Assembly (NCBI GenBank): GCA_038114285.1
Contig: JAYNQN010000004.1
Coordinates: 16,681-76,840, forward strand
From: Gammaproteobacteria bacterium
Lineage (GTDB): Bacteria; Pseudomonadota; Gammaproteobacteria; Poriferisulfidales; GCA-002705445
DNA: 60,160 nucleotides
Direction of reading: 5' to 3'
Shown one piece after another: positions 51,044 through 60,160 of this stretch. How positions within the stretch are numbered: position 1 is the first letter of the stretch; the number at the start of each line of letters is the position of its first letter. The position numbers and the translations under genes were made by a program. Below the pieces are notes generated by a model that saw only the letters and a list, made by a program, of their open reading frames with translations, did not search any database and was not told the origin of the DNA.

Positions 51044-51119
51044 TGTTTTTTCCTATTTTTATAGAATAACATTATGAATATTAAAAAAAAATACGTATAA
51101 TACTCTCTTCACAATATAT

Positions 51120-51195
51120 TCCCCTGTAGCTCAGTTGGTAGAGCGGGTGACTGTTAATCACTAGGTCGGCGGTTCGAGCCCGTCCGGGGGAGCCA
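51120..51195 (+). tRNA. tRNA-Asn (anticodon GTT)
   Basis: 76-nt cloverleaf folded by hand. Acceptor TCCCCTG/CGGGGGA, D arm GCTC-AGTTGGTA-GAGC, anticodon arm GGTGA-CTGTTAA-TCACT, T arm GGCGG-TTCGAGC-CCGTC, encoded CCA. A GC-rich island in AT-rich DNA; TATAAT at 51096..51101. Confidence 0.9.
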
Positions 51196-51239
51196 TTGTA
51201 AAGCTTCATTTGCAATAATAAGTTATAAATGGAGATATT

Positions 51240-52379
51240 ATGGGATTTTTAAGATTTTTTTTAGCTTACGTAGTGCTGCTTGCACATTGCCCAGAAGGAC
51301 TATTACCAAAAATTTTTCATTCTAGTTTAGCTGTTCAATGTTTTTTCACAATTTCTGGTTTTTATATGCAACTGCTAGTATCAGAAAAATATAAAAATCA
51401 AAATCCTAAACAATTTTATAAAAACTTTTATTTAAGTAGAATTTTTAGGATATTTCCAATTTATTTGTTAACTCTCTTAATTACTTTTCTATTTTTAGAC
51501 AAAGGTCCGATTGATACTATTTTATTAGCAGAGGATATAAAGGCTTTAATAGTTTATATAACCTCAAATTTATTGATTGATTTTTCGATAGGCGAATATT
51601 TATTTTACGGTTCAATGAACGTCAGCGATTTTCTGCACGCCAATAATTTCAATATTTTGATTCAATCTTGGTCGCTAGATCTGGAAATTATATTTTATAT
51701 CCTTACGCCATTTATTTTAACAGTGAGAAAAAACTCAATTATTTTTTTATTAATTTTCTTGTGCATCACACTAAGATTTATTTTAGCTTCAAATGATTAT
51801 AACTATTCATTTAGCCACTTCTGGACCCACGCTTTTTTCCCAACTGAACTAGCAACTTTTTTATTAGGATCTTTATCTTATAGATTTTATGCTTACTCTA
51901 AAAAGAATAATTTAAAAGAAAAAAAATTATATTATTTCAATGACAACTATTCAATTAGCCTTAAAAACTATAATTTTATCCTTTTTTCTTTAATTATTTC
52001 TATAACAATAATTTTTTTATTATTGTTTGGAAATCCTTTAAATTCTAATAATTATAATTTTTTTGGTGGTGACTGGGATAAGGGCTTATATGGTGTTCCT
52101 AATTCTTATTGGATTGTTATACTTCTAAATGCTTTAATTATACCATTTTTATTTGATTTTTTTAAAAACTCAAGAATTGATTCTTTTATTGGACATTTAT
52201 CTTATCCGATGTACATTTGTCATTTTAGTGTAATAATTTTTTTAAATAAACTAAATATTGAAAATTATTACTTATCAATCTTTACTTTTTTATTGACACT
52301 TCTTATTTCTATAATTTTAGTATTGTGTATTGAAAAACCTATTACTAAATACAGACATGATAAATTTTATAAAAGTTAA
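51240..52379 (+). CDS. acyltransferase-3 family integral membrane protein (OafA/YrhL-like O-acyltransferase)
   Basis: 379 aa, about 10 TM helices. N-terminal FLRFFLAYVVLLAHC and FFTISGFYM motifs of Acyl_transf_3. GGAG precedes the ATG. Confidence 0.6.
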   Translation: MGFLRFFLAYVVLLAHCPEGLLPKIFHSSLAVQCFFTISGFYMQLLVSEKYKNQNPKQFYKNFYLSRIFRIFPIYLLTLLITFLFLDKGPIDTILLAEDIKALIVYITSNLLIDFSIGEYLFYGSMNVSDFLHANNFNILIQSWSLDLEIIFYILTPFILTVRKNSIIFLLIFLCITLRFILASNDYNYSFSHFWTHAFFPTELATFLLGSLSYRFYAYSKKNNLKEKKLYYFNDNYSISLKNYNFILFSLIISITIIFLLLFGNPLNSNNYNFFGGDWDKGLYGVPNSYWIVILLNALIIPFLFDFFKNSRIDSFIGHLSYPMYICHFSVIIFLNKLNIENYYLSIFTFLLTLLISIILVLCIEKPITKYRHDKFYKS

Positions 52380-52388
52380 ATTTTATTT

Positions 52389-53273
52389 TTAATTTAAATC
52401 TAATTCTTTTAGGTATAGTTTTAAATCATTTGATAGTTTCTCATGATTTAATCCATATTCTATCGAGGCTTTTAAAAAATCAAGCTTATTTCCACAATCA
52501 AATCTTTTTCCAATAAATTCATATGCAATGACTTTTTCTTTGGTTATTTGCGTTGCTATAGCATCTGTTAATTGAATTTCACCTCCAGTTCCTTCTATTG
52601 TATTTTTTAAAATATTAAAAATTGTGGGCTCTAATATATATCTTCCAACCACACCCATATTACTTGGTGCATCTTCATTTCTAGGCTTTTCTACAATATT
52701 GGATAGCTCCCAATCATTACTGCTATTCTTCTTTCCTTCTATAATTCCATATTTATGCAATAAATTTTTTTCAACTTTTTCTACTGCTATAATATTACTT
52801 TGCTGTAAATTATATTTTTCTACCATTTGACTTAAGCAACCTTTTTTCTGTGAAAGAATCATGTCGTCTGCAAGTATGACCGCAAAAGGGTTATTGCCAA
52901 CAGCTGGCTCTGAACATAATACAGCATGTCCTAGCCCCAGCGCCTGATGTTGTCTAATATATATACATTTAATTTTCTTTGGAATTATATTTTGTATTAA
53001 ATTTAATTCTTTAAGTTTATTCTGTCTTTTTAATTCAGTTTCAATTTCATATGCTGTATCAAAATGATTTTCAATGCTTGTTTTATTTCTTCCAGTGATA
53101 AAAACCATTGTTTCTATACCTGCATTAACAGCTTCCTCAACAGCATATTGGATTAGTGGTTTATCAATAATAGGTAACATTTCTTTTGGGCTTGCCTTCG
53201 TAGCTGGGAGAAATCTTGTACCCATACCTGCTACAGGAAAAACAGCTGTTTTTATAATTTTATTTTTTTTCAT
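52389..53273 (-). CDS. galU: UTP--glucose-1-phosphate uridylyltransferase
   Basis: AVFPVAGMGTRFLPATKASPKEMLPI N-terminal signature and VEKP motif. Confidence 0.9.
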   Translation of the reverse strand: MKKNKIIKTAVFPVAGMGTRFLPATKASPKEMLPIIDKPLIQYAVEEAVNAGIETMVFITGRNKTSIENHFDTAYEIETELKRQNKLKELNLIQNIIPKKIKCIYIRQHQALGLGHAVLCSEPAVGNNPFAVILADDMILSQKKGCLSQMVEKYNLQQSNIIAVEKVEKNLLHKYGIIEGKKNSSNDWELSNIVEKPRNEDAPSNMGVVGRYILEPTIFNILKNTIEGTGGEIQLTDAIATQITKEKVIAYEFIGKRFDCGNKLDFLKASIEYGLNHEKLSNDLKLYLKELDLN

Positions 53274-53282
53274 TATTATATT

Positions 53283-53999
53283 TTACAATGCTTTTTCAAA
53301 TTCATCTTTAATATTTTTTAAAGATTGTATAGGATCTAAGCTATTTGTTACTGGTCTCCCGACAACAATATAATCTGCGCCGTACTTTGCTGCCATTTTT
53401 GGAGTCATAGTACGTTTTTGATCATCTTTAGAGTCATTATCTAGTCTAATTCCAGGGCATACACATATTAAATTTTTTGAAATTTTTTGTTTGATATTTC
53501 TTACCTCATTACCTGAACAAACAACTCCATCAAGATTTGCGTTTTCACAATTTTCTGCCATTAACATGACTTGATCTTCTACATTTTTTGAAAAACCAAT
53601 TTGTTTTATTTCGTCATCATCTAATGAAGTAAGAATTGTTACTCCTAAAACTAGCATATTAAAATTACTTTTTTTTATTTCACTTATTGCTTCTTTCATA
53701 GTATCAGAACCACAACTTGAGTGTAAATTAACCATCCATACTCCAAGTTTTGCAGCAGCTAATAATGATTTAACGACTGTATTTTTAATATCATGAAATT
53801 TTAAGTCTAAGAATATCTTAAAACCTAAATCGTGAATTTTACTTATTATTATTGGTCCACAACTCACATACAACTCTAAGCCGACTTTAATATTACATAG
53901 TTTTGGATCAAGCTTATTAATAATACTTAATGCATTTTTTTCGTTATCACAATCTATTGCAACAATAATTCTTGGTGTATTATCATTTTTATACGACAT
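53283..53999 (-). CDS. pyrF: orotidine-5'-phosphate decarboxylase
   Basis: 238 aa. IVAIDC, DLKFHDIKNT and VVGRPV motifs. Overlaps the lapB stop by 11 nt. Confidence 0.9.
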   Translation of the reverse strand: MSYKNDNTPRIIVAIDCDNEKNALSIINKLDPKLCNIKVGLELYVSCGPIIISKIHDLGFKIFLDLKFHDIKNTVVKSLLAAAKLGVWMVNLHSSCGSDTMKEAISEIKKSNFNMLVLGVTILTSLDDDEIKQIGFSKNVEDQVMLMAENCENANLDGVVCSGNEVRNIKQKISKNLICVCPGIRLDNDSKDDQKRTMTPKMAAKYGADYIVVGRPVTNSLDPIQSLKNIKDEFEKAL

Positions 54000-55185
54000 A
54001 ATGGTCAGTTTTATATTTATTTTGATGTTGCTTTTTAATAGTTGACCATTGATGACAGCTTGGGCATTGCCAATAATGTTTTATACTGTTAAATCCGCAA
54101 TTGCCACACTTATGTGAAGTATCTTTTTTTGTAAATGAATCTATACATCGTTTAATATTTCTTAAACTATTATTATCAAATGCAATTTTATTTTGATAAA
54201 TTAAATCTAAATATTCAGACAATTGCTTTAATGTTATTTTATCTTTCTTAAATTCTTCTTCGTATAAATTTGTAATTTCATTATTACTTATTGAGTTTGA
54301 ATATTCTTTATTAAGACTAGAATATAGCTCCATTTGGTTACCCATACTTGAAATATTTTTCATAAAAGTAAAAAAAGATTCTTTAGAATTAAGTTTTTCA
54401 TAGGTGTTTTTGAGTTTTTCCAATATTAAATAGGAGTATTGGGAATAATTTTCATATATATGCATATATTTCTTCAATGCATCAGTAAAATTTTCATTTT
54501 CATATGATAAATCGCCTAACAATATTAGTGCTCTAGCTGATTTTTTATTGTAATTCAAAGCTTTATTAATATATCTCTTCGTTTTTTCATTACTATTTTT
54601 ATCAAGAAGGCTTAATTCTAATTCTGCTAATTCACAGTAATAATGTGAAATTATATCTGAATAATCCTCATTAGTTTTAGACTGAATCTGTGTTGTTACA
54701 TCTATTGCTTTTTGCCACTCCTTCTCGCTCTCGTAAATTTCTTTAAGGTATATTAATACTTGTGCTGATGAACCTACTTCTTTGGAAATTTTTGAAAAAA
54801 TAGATTCTGCTCTATCTAAAAATCCAGCTTTTAAATAATCTTTTGCCAATTCTATAGAACATTCTTTCCTGACCTCGGGATCTAACTCTGGTCTTGCGAT
54901 TAAATTTTGATGAATCCTAATCGCTCTATCAACCTCACCCCTGTTTCTAAACAAGTTTCCAAGAATAATATGGGTTTCTGCTGTGTCTTGATTAACATCT
55001 ACCATTGACATAAATGTATCAAGAGCTTTGCCATGTTCATCTGATAAAAGATAATTCATACTTTGTAAATATTCTAAAGGGATAGAATTTGAGTTTTTTT
55101 TATAAAATGATTTTATAGAAATATAAAACAGTAATCCTGATATAAGAATTATAAAAAATATTATAGTTGATATTGCAATATACAT
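53989..55185 (-). CDS. lapB: LPS assembly protein LapB (YciM): TPR repeats plus rubredoxin-like C-terminus
   Basis: N-terminal TM helix, TPR-rich body, C-terminal CGNCGF...WQCPSCHQW zinc motif. lapA-lapB-pyrF synteny. Confidence 0.85.
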   Translation of the reverse strand: MYIAISTIIFFIILISGLLFYISIKSFYKKNSNSIPLEYLQSMNYLLSDEHGKALDTFMSMVDVNQDTAETHIILGNLFRNRGEVDRAIRIHQNLIARPELDPEVRKECSIELAKDYLKAGFLDRAESIFSKISKEVGSSAQVLIYLKEIYESEKEWQKAIDVTTQIQSKTNEDYSDIISHYYCELAELELSLLDKNSNEKTKRYINKALNYNKKSARALILLGDLSYENENFTDALKKYMHIYENYSQYSYLILEKLKNTYEKLNSKESFFTFMKNISSMGNQMELYSSLNKEYSNSISNNEITNLYEEEFKKDKITLKQLSEYLDLIYQNKIAFDNNSLRNIKRCIDSFTKKDTSHKCGNCGFNSIKHYWQCPSCHQWSTIKKQHQNKYKTDHYVV

Positions 55186-55187
55186 TT

Positions 55188-55478
55188 TTACTCTTGTATT
55201 GGAATACGTCTTAAATTTTGAACTTCTTTATTAATCAATTCATGATCTTTTTTTAAAGCTTTATATTTTTTTCTCATCCCCAATATTAGTCCTAATAGAA
55301 AAAATGTAGCAATTATAATCCCAAAGATCATTGAGATAAATAAAGACAGGCCAAGTGGAACATCTGAAAATTGTACTATATTGAAGTCTATTAAGTATGG
55401 TATTTTATTATAGTATACTGCCGCTACGCTAATAACGCTTATTAAAACAGCTAGTATTAATGCTAATAATCTAAACAT
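55188..55478 (-). CDS. lapA: LPS assembly protein LapA (YciS)
   Basis: 96 aa with two TM helices and a basic coiled C-terminus. Lies between ihfB and lapB. Confidence 0.7.
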   Translation of the reverse strand: MFRLLALILAVLISVISVAAVYYNKIPYLIDFNIVQFSDVPLGLSLFISMIFGIIIATFFLLGLILGMRKKYKALKKDHELINKEVQNLRRIPIQE

Positions 55479-55526
55479 ATCAATAATAAATATAATCTTC
55501 TTATGATTATATTATATATTTTTTTA

Positions 55527-55841
55527 TCAATCTATGTTTTGAGAATTATTTATTTTGTAGCGTAATTCTTTACCTGGTTTAAAATGAGCTGCATTTTTTC
55601 CTGGTAAAGACACTGAATCACCAGTTTTTGGGTTTCTTCCGATTCTCGGTTTTCTATAATGTACGGAGAAGCTGCCAAATCCTCTCACTTCTGTTCTATC
55701 GCCTTGAGCTAATGAGTCAATAATTTTTTCAATTAGCGTCTTCACTGAAAGCTCAACATCTTTATTTCCTAACTGAGGTAATTTTGTAGCGATTCTATCA
55801 ATAAGTTCTGATTTTGTTACAGATTGTCGTTTTTCTTCCAT
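55527..55841 (-). CDS. ihfB: integration host factor subunit beta
   Basis: [21 protein letters not shown] and GRNPKTG motifs. Downstream of rpsA. TGA stop. Confidence 0.9.
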   Translation of the reverse strand: MEEKRQSVTKSELIDRIATKLPQLGNKDVELSVKTLIEKIIDSLAQGDRTEVRGFGSFSVHYRKPRIGRNPKTGDSVSLPGKNAAHFKPGKELRYKINNSQNID

Positions 55842-55880
55842 ACGTATTTCCGGTGTATTTTATTAAATCAGTTAGTATTT

Positions 55881-57539
55881 TTATTTATCAATATGCTCTT
55901 TTAATATATCCCCTAATGAACTCCCAACAGATTCATTATTTTTATTATATTCATCAAGAGCTTGATCTTCATTCTGCTTAACTAATGCTTTCATTGATAA
56001 ATTTATTGACTGATTCTTTTTATCAATATTAATTATCATTAATTCAAGTTCATCATCTACCTGCATTGAGTCAACATTCTTATCATCTTCCAGTTCTGAC
56101 AACTTCAGTGTTCCAACTGTAGAGTCATCAAGTTTTATAGATAAAGCTTTTTGTGTTTTCTCAATTATTTTACCACTTACAATAGACCCTTTTGGGTTGC
56201 CTTGGATATACTCTTGAAATTTATTTACAGTTAACTGCTTAACTCCCAGAGAAATTCTCTCTCTTTCGGTATCTGCTGACAATAATATAGTTTTTAACTC
56301 ATCACCTTTTTTGTAGTTTCTTACTGCAATATCACCACTTTCTGTCCAAGACAAATCAGAAAGATGAACTAAGCCATCTATACCATCATCTAGTCCGATA
56401 AAAATACCAAAATCAGTTATAGACTTTATTTTACCAACTATTATTTCTCCAACTTCATGATTATCATTAAATTTAGTCCATGGGTTTGGCATACACTGTT
56501 TTATGCCTAATGATATTCTTCTTCTCTCGGGATCTATATCAAGTATCATTACTTCAATTTCTTGACCTATAGTCACAAGTTTTTCAGGATTAGCATTTTT
56601 ATTTGTCCAATCCATTTCTGACACATGCACTAAACCTTCAACTCCGTTATGAATCTCGACGAAGCATCCATAATCTGCGATGTTTGTAATTTTTCCCTTT
56701 AATTTAGATCCTTCTGGATGAGCCTTGCTAATCTCAAACCATGGATCTTCATTTAATTGCTTTAAGCCAAGAGAAACTCTCGTTTTTTCTTTATCAAACT
56801 TTAAGACCTTAACATCAATCTCATCACCTACGTTTATAAGTTCTGAAGGATGTCTTACTCTTTTCCATGCCATATCTGTGATATGTAATAAACCATCAAC
56901 TCCACCTAGATCTAAAAATGCTCCATAATCTGTAATATTCTTAACTATACCTTTTACAACAGAACCATCTTCTAGGTTTGAGATAAGCTCGTCTCTTTCT
57001 TCGCTATTTTCTGATTCTAAGACAGCTTTTCTAGACACTACCACATTGTTTCTTTTCTTATCTATTTTAATAACAATAAATTCTAAATCTTTTCCCTCAA
57101 GGTATGTGGTTTCTCTTACAGGTCTTACATCTACTAATGAGCCTGGCAAAAAGGCTTTTATGTCTGCCAAATCAACTGTAAAGCCACCTTTTACTTTTCC
57201 TGTAATTCTTCCTTCTAATATTTTTTTCTCTTCAAAAGCTTCTGACAATGAAACCCATGCTCTAGCTTTTTTTGCTTTTTCTCTAGATAATTTTGTCTCA
57301 CCAAAACCATCTTCTATGGCGTCTACAGTTACCTCTACCTTGTCCCCTTCTTGGACTTCAACCTTACCATCAAAACCAATAAATTGATCAATCGGAATCA
57401 TTCCTTCTGATTTTAATCCTGCATTAACAATAACTAAATCTTTTTTAATATCTATAACTGTTCCTGTGATTATAGACCCTGATTTAACTTGTAGTTTTGA
57501 AATACTTTCTTCTAGTAAAATTGAAAAATCTTCACTCAT
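55881..57539 (-). CDS. rpsA: 30S ribosomal protein S1
   Basis: 552 aa with six S1 repeats (for example [52 protein letters not shown]). Confidence 0.95.
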   Translation of the reverse strand: MSEDFSILLEESISKLQVKSGSIITGTVIDIKKDLVIVNAGLKSEGMIPIDQFIGFDGKVEVQEGDKVEVTVDAIEDGFGETKLSREKAKKARAWVSLSEAFEEKKILEGRITGKVKGGFTVDLADIKAFLPGSLVDVRPVRETTYLEGKDLEFIVIKIDKKRNNVVVSRKAVLESENSEERDELISNLEDGSVVKGIVKNITDYGAFLDLGGVDGLLHITDMAWKRVRHPSELINVGDEIDVKVLKFDKEKTRVSLGLKQLNEDPWFEISKAHPEGSKLKGKITNIADYGCFVEIHNGVEGLVHVSEMDWTNKNANPEKLVTIGQEIEVMILDIDPERRRISLGIKQCMPNPWTKFNDNHEVGEIIVGKIKSITDFGIFIGLDDGIDGLVHLSDLSWTESGDIAVRNYKKGDELKTILLSADTERERISLGVKQLTVNKFQEYIQGNPKGSIVSGKIIEKTQKALSIKLDDSTVGTLKLSELEDDKNVDSMQVDDELELMIINIDKKNQSINLSMKALVKQNEDQALDEYNKNNESVGSSLGDILKEHIDK

Positions 57540-58218
57540 ATTTTTTAATATTTTCTCTAATAATGTTTATTGTTTTAGTAAATAACTCGTCCACACTAAT
57601 ATAACTTGTATCAATAATTATTGCGTCTTTTGCTGGCTTAAGAGGAGAAATCACTCTCTCTGTGTCAGCTTTATCTCTTAATAAAAGTTTATGTACGAGG
57701 TTCGGCAAGTTAGCACTAATTCCTTGATCTTTCAACTGATTTAATCGTCTTTCTGCCCTTTTTTCTACAGAAGCTGTCAAATAAAACTTGATTTTTGCCT
57801 CTGAAAAGACTTTTGTGCCCATATCTCTACCATCAGCAACTAATCCTGGTTCCATAAGGAAATCTCTCTGATAAGTCTCCAGTTTATCGCGTGCACGCTG
57901 ATCTATAGCAATTTTTGATGCTAAAATTGCAACCTTTTCTGTTCGAATTTTACTTGTAAAATCTTTGTCATTAACAAATATCTGAACTTTTTGACCTTTT
58001 TCATATTTAAAATCTATCGTTATATCTTTCATCATTACATCTAGGTTATCCAAAATTTCATCAAAATTATTGTTTTTCTCATATAATTTTAATGCTAATG
58101 CTCTATATAAAGATCCGCTATCTAAATATTTATAACCAAGCTCTTCTGCAATCATCATAGATATGGTTCCTTTTCCTACGCCACTTGGACCATCAAATGT
58201 TATTATATTGGGAGTCAA
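57532..58218 (-). CDS. cmk: cytidylate kinase
   Basis: [14 protein letters not shown]-loop and GRDMGT motif. ATGA-type overlap with aroA and an 8-nt overlap with rpsA. Confidence 0.9.
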   Translation of the reverse strand: MTPNIITFDGPSGVGKGTISMMIAEELGYKYLDSGSLYRALALKLYEKNNNFDEILDNLDVMMKDITIDFKYEKGQKVQIFVNDKDFTSKIRTEKVAILASKIAIDQRARDKLETYQRDFLMEPGLVADGRDMGTKVFSEAKIKFYLTASVEKRAERRLNQLKDQGISANLPNLVHKLLLRDKADTERVISPLKPAKDAIIIDTSYISVDELFTKTINIIRENIKKYE

Positions 58219-59525
58219 GAGTTACTCCTCTCTATTTTTAAACCCATATCTTTTATTAAAGTTAAAAAACCTGGAAAAGATGTAGAAACATTTTCTGTAT
58301 CCAAAATAGTGATAGGATTTTTAGAGACTAAACCAGCAATTGCAAATGACATTGCAATTCTATGATCTCCATAGCTATCTACGGTACAGCCTAATATTTG
58401 ACCGCCATTTATTTCTATTCCATCATTAAATAGTGTGTTCGATATATTGCATTTTTTCAATCCATTTGACATTGCCAACAATCTGTCGCTCTCTTTATGC
58501 CTGAGTTCTTGTGCATTTTTTAATATAGTCTTTCCTTCTGCATTAGACGCAGCTATAAATAAAATTGGGAACTCGTCAATAGCACTTGCTATATAAGAGC
58601 TAGGTATCTCAATACCTTTTAAATTTGATGAGGAGACTTTTATGTCCCCAACTTTTTCTGGGCCGTAATTTTTTATATTTAGAATTTCAATGTTTCCGCC
58701 CATTAACTTTAAAATTTCTATCCCTCCAATTCTCAATGTATTTAAACCAACGTTTTTTATTACGACATTAGAATTTTTAGATATCAGACAACCTACAATG
58801 ATAAACATTGCTGAAGATATATCACCAGGCACCTCTATATCTTTTGCCAATAATTCTTGAGCTGGATGCATAGTGACGATATTTTTACGTTTATCAATTT
58901 TCCCGCCTAAATAATTTATCAAATTTTCTGTGTGATCTCTTGTTTCAATATTTTCAATAATATTAGTTTTTTCGTCAGCATATAGGCCAGCAAGTAAAAT
59001 ACATGATTTAACTTGAGCGCTATCTATTGGCATTTCATAATTTATTCCTAATATTTTTTCTGAAGAAGTTATTTTAATTGGCGCAGTCATGTTATTTGAA
59101 AGCTGTATGTTAGCACCCATCATTGATAATGGCTTTGAAATCCTTTCCATTGGTCTTTTATTTAAAGAATCATCACCAATCAACATACTTGAAAATTTTT
59201 GAGCACTTAATAAGCCACTTAGCAGTCTCATGCTTGTACCTGAATTACCACAATTTAAATTAACACTGGGTTTGCTTAAACCATGAAGTCCATTACCAAC
59301 TACCATATAAGAGCTATCTTCATTTTTAAAAATATCTACTCCAAGAGACTTAAAAATATGCATAGTTGCCAAACAGTCATCCGACTCTAAAAGTCCCGTA
59401 ATCTTTCCAATACCTTTTGATATAGATAATAAAATCAATGATCTATGAGAAATTGATTTATCGCCAGGTACGCTAACTTCACCATTAATATTTTCTGATG
59501 GGTATACTATATAATTTTCAGACAT
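58215..59525 (-). CDS. aroA: 3-phosphoshikimate 1-carboxyvinyltransferase (EPSP synthase)
   Basis: 436 aa. PGDKSISHR, CGNSGTSMRLL and GDHRIAMSF motifs. Confidence 0.95.
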   Translation of the reverse strand: MSENYIVYPSENINGEVSVPGDKSISHRSLILLSISKGIGKITGLLESDDCLATMHIFKSLGVDIFKNEDSSYMVVGNGLHGLSKPSVNLNCGNSGTSMRLLSGLLSAQKFSSMLIGDDSLNKRPMERISKPLSMMGANIQLSNNMTAPIKITSSEKILGINYEMPIDSAQVKSCILLAGLYADEKTNIIENIETRDHTENLINYLGGKIDKRKNIVTMHPAQELLAKDIEVPGDISSAMFIIVGCLISKNSNVVIKNVGLNTLRIGGIEILKLMGGNIEILNIKNYGPEKVGDIKVSSSNLKGIEIPSSYIASAIDEFPILFIAASNAEGKTILKNAQELRHKESDRLLAMSNGLKKCNISNTLFNDGIEINGGQILGCTVDSYGDHRIAMSFAIAGLVSKNPITILDTENVSTSFPGFLTLIKDMGLKIERSNS

Positions 59526-59532
59526 AAATATT

Positions 59533-60160
59533 TTATTTAGTAGGTTTTGATTTTTTTAAATATGATGCTAACTCTTCTACAGAACCATTCATAATACTAA
59601 ATTTTAACTCTTTAAGTTCTTGTATATATTCTTCTAGATATTCAGCTAAATTGTCTTGATTATCTTTAAATATACTTGCCCATGCATTTGAATCACTATT
59701 TGCAACTCTTAATATTTCTGAAAGACTTCCTTTTGAATACATCCAAGGCAACTTCTTTAATAATTCCTTCTCATTTGTTTTCTTCGATAAAGCAAATGAA
59801 ATTGCATGTGGGGCATGACTCAAAATTGCTAAATACTTATCGTGATTACGTATATCAAGATTAGTAGTTTTACTATTAATAGCTTTCCACATCTCATTTA
59901 CTTTTTCAATTTTACAAGGATCTGAAAAATCAAGTGGGCAGATAAATGTTGTCGAATTATCATATAAATCTGATTTTGAATTTTCTATGCCAAAGTTTTC
60001 TGTTCCAGCCATTGGATGAGAAGATATAAAATTATTAACGTTATTAAATTTTTTTTGATCAATAAAATTTAATAAGGATTTTTTTGAGCTTAAAGTGTCT
60101 GTAAAAACTTTCTCACTATTAAAATAATTCTTGACTACTTCCAATATATCATTAATTTTG
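59533..60160 (-). CDS. tyrA: prephenate dehydrogenase (5' end outside the window)
   Basis: The frame stays open to the window edge. SSHPMAGTE catalytic-His motif and ILSHAPHAISFAL. Directly upstream of aroA, as in pseudomonad-type aro clusters. Confidence 0.75.
   Translation of the reverse strand, partial: KINDILEVVKNYFNSEKVFTDTLSSKKSLLNFIDQKKFNNVNNFISSHPMAGTENFGIENSKSDLYDNSTTFICPLDFSDPCKIEKVNEMWKAINSKTTNLDIRNHDKYLAILSHAPHAISFALSKKTNEKELLKKLPWMYSKGSLSEILRVANSDSNAWASIFKDNQDNLAEYLEEYIQELKELKFSIMNGSVEELASYLKKSKPTK

Noticed and set aside
51120-52379. tRNA-Asn-associated integrative element carrying the acyltransferase.
   Set aside because: The interval has no integrase, excisionase or phage gene. 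I found no direct repeat of the GC-rich tRNA 3' end downstream, where it would stand out. It is kept only as a low-interest accessory-islet note.
1-60160. Search for CRISPR arrays, tandem or interspersed repeats, IS elements, rRNA and other structured ncRNAs.
   Set aside because: No spacer is longer than about 145 bp. The only GC-rich non-coding segments are the tRNA and the 28684 hairpin. The only repetition I saw was A/T homopolymer runs and short codon-level repeats such as GTTGTTGTTGTT in pstC. A computational repeat and Rfam scan would be needed for certainty.

Overview
This is a very AT-rich, extremely gene-dense chromosomal segment: about 58 protein genes plus one tRNA in 60 kb, with most intergenic spacers under 110 bp. 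Gene order is classic gammaproteobacterial core genome: trpB-trpF-truA-asd-leuB-leuD-leuC, aroC/psd, efp-htpX, xerD-dsbC, lptG-lptF/pepA-valS, tsaE-amiB, argD-argF, phoU/pstCAB/phoR-phoB, nadC, purC/purE-purK, uvrB, and tyrA-aroA-cmk-rpsA-ihfB-lapA-lapB-pyrF-galU. Lys/Asn/Ile-rich proteins, overlapping convergent genes, a TonB-dependent receptor, Pst and a Na+/alanine symporter fit a free-living, genome-streamlined (probably marine) gammaproteobacterium. I cannot assign a taxon from the sequence alone. I see no rRNA, CRISPR array, transposase, prophage block, toxin-antitoxin pair or long repeat, and no convincing multi-gene novel system. The best candidate for something undescribed is a single 637-aa orphan ORF (22472..24385, minus strand). 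It lies between valS and a divergent RibD_C-like/sohB pair. It has a strong ribosome-binding site and a constrained-looking composition, matches no family I recognise, and carries an HPr-kinase-type P-loop 15 residues before its stop. The second notable item is valS, which is broken by two in-frame stop codons 12 nt apart at conserved Glu and Gly positions; each is one G-to-T change from the expected codon. The remaining observations are lower interest. They are a nuclease-less AddA/RecB-type helicase, a pst cluster without pstS but with a good Pho-box candidate, and a lone canonical terminator abutting argD. Also noted are pervasive convergent-gene overlaps, an LptF N-terminal extension, a BtuB-like receptor with no riboswitch, and accessory genes around tRNA-Asn.
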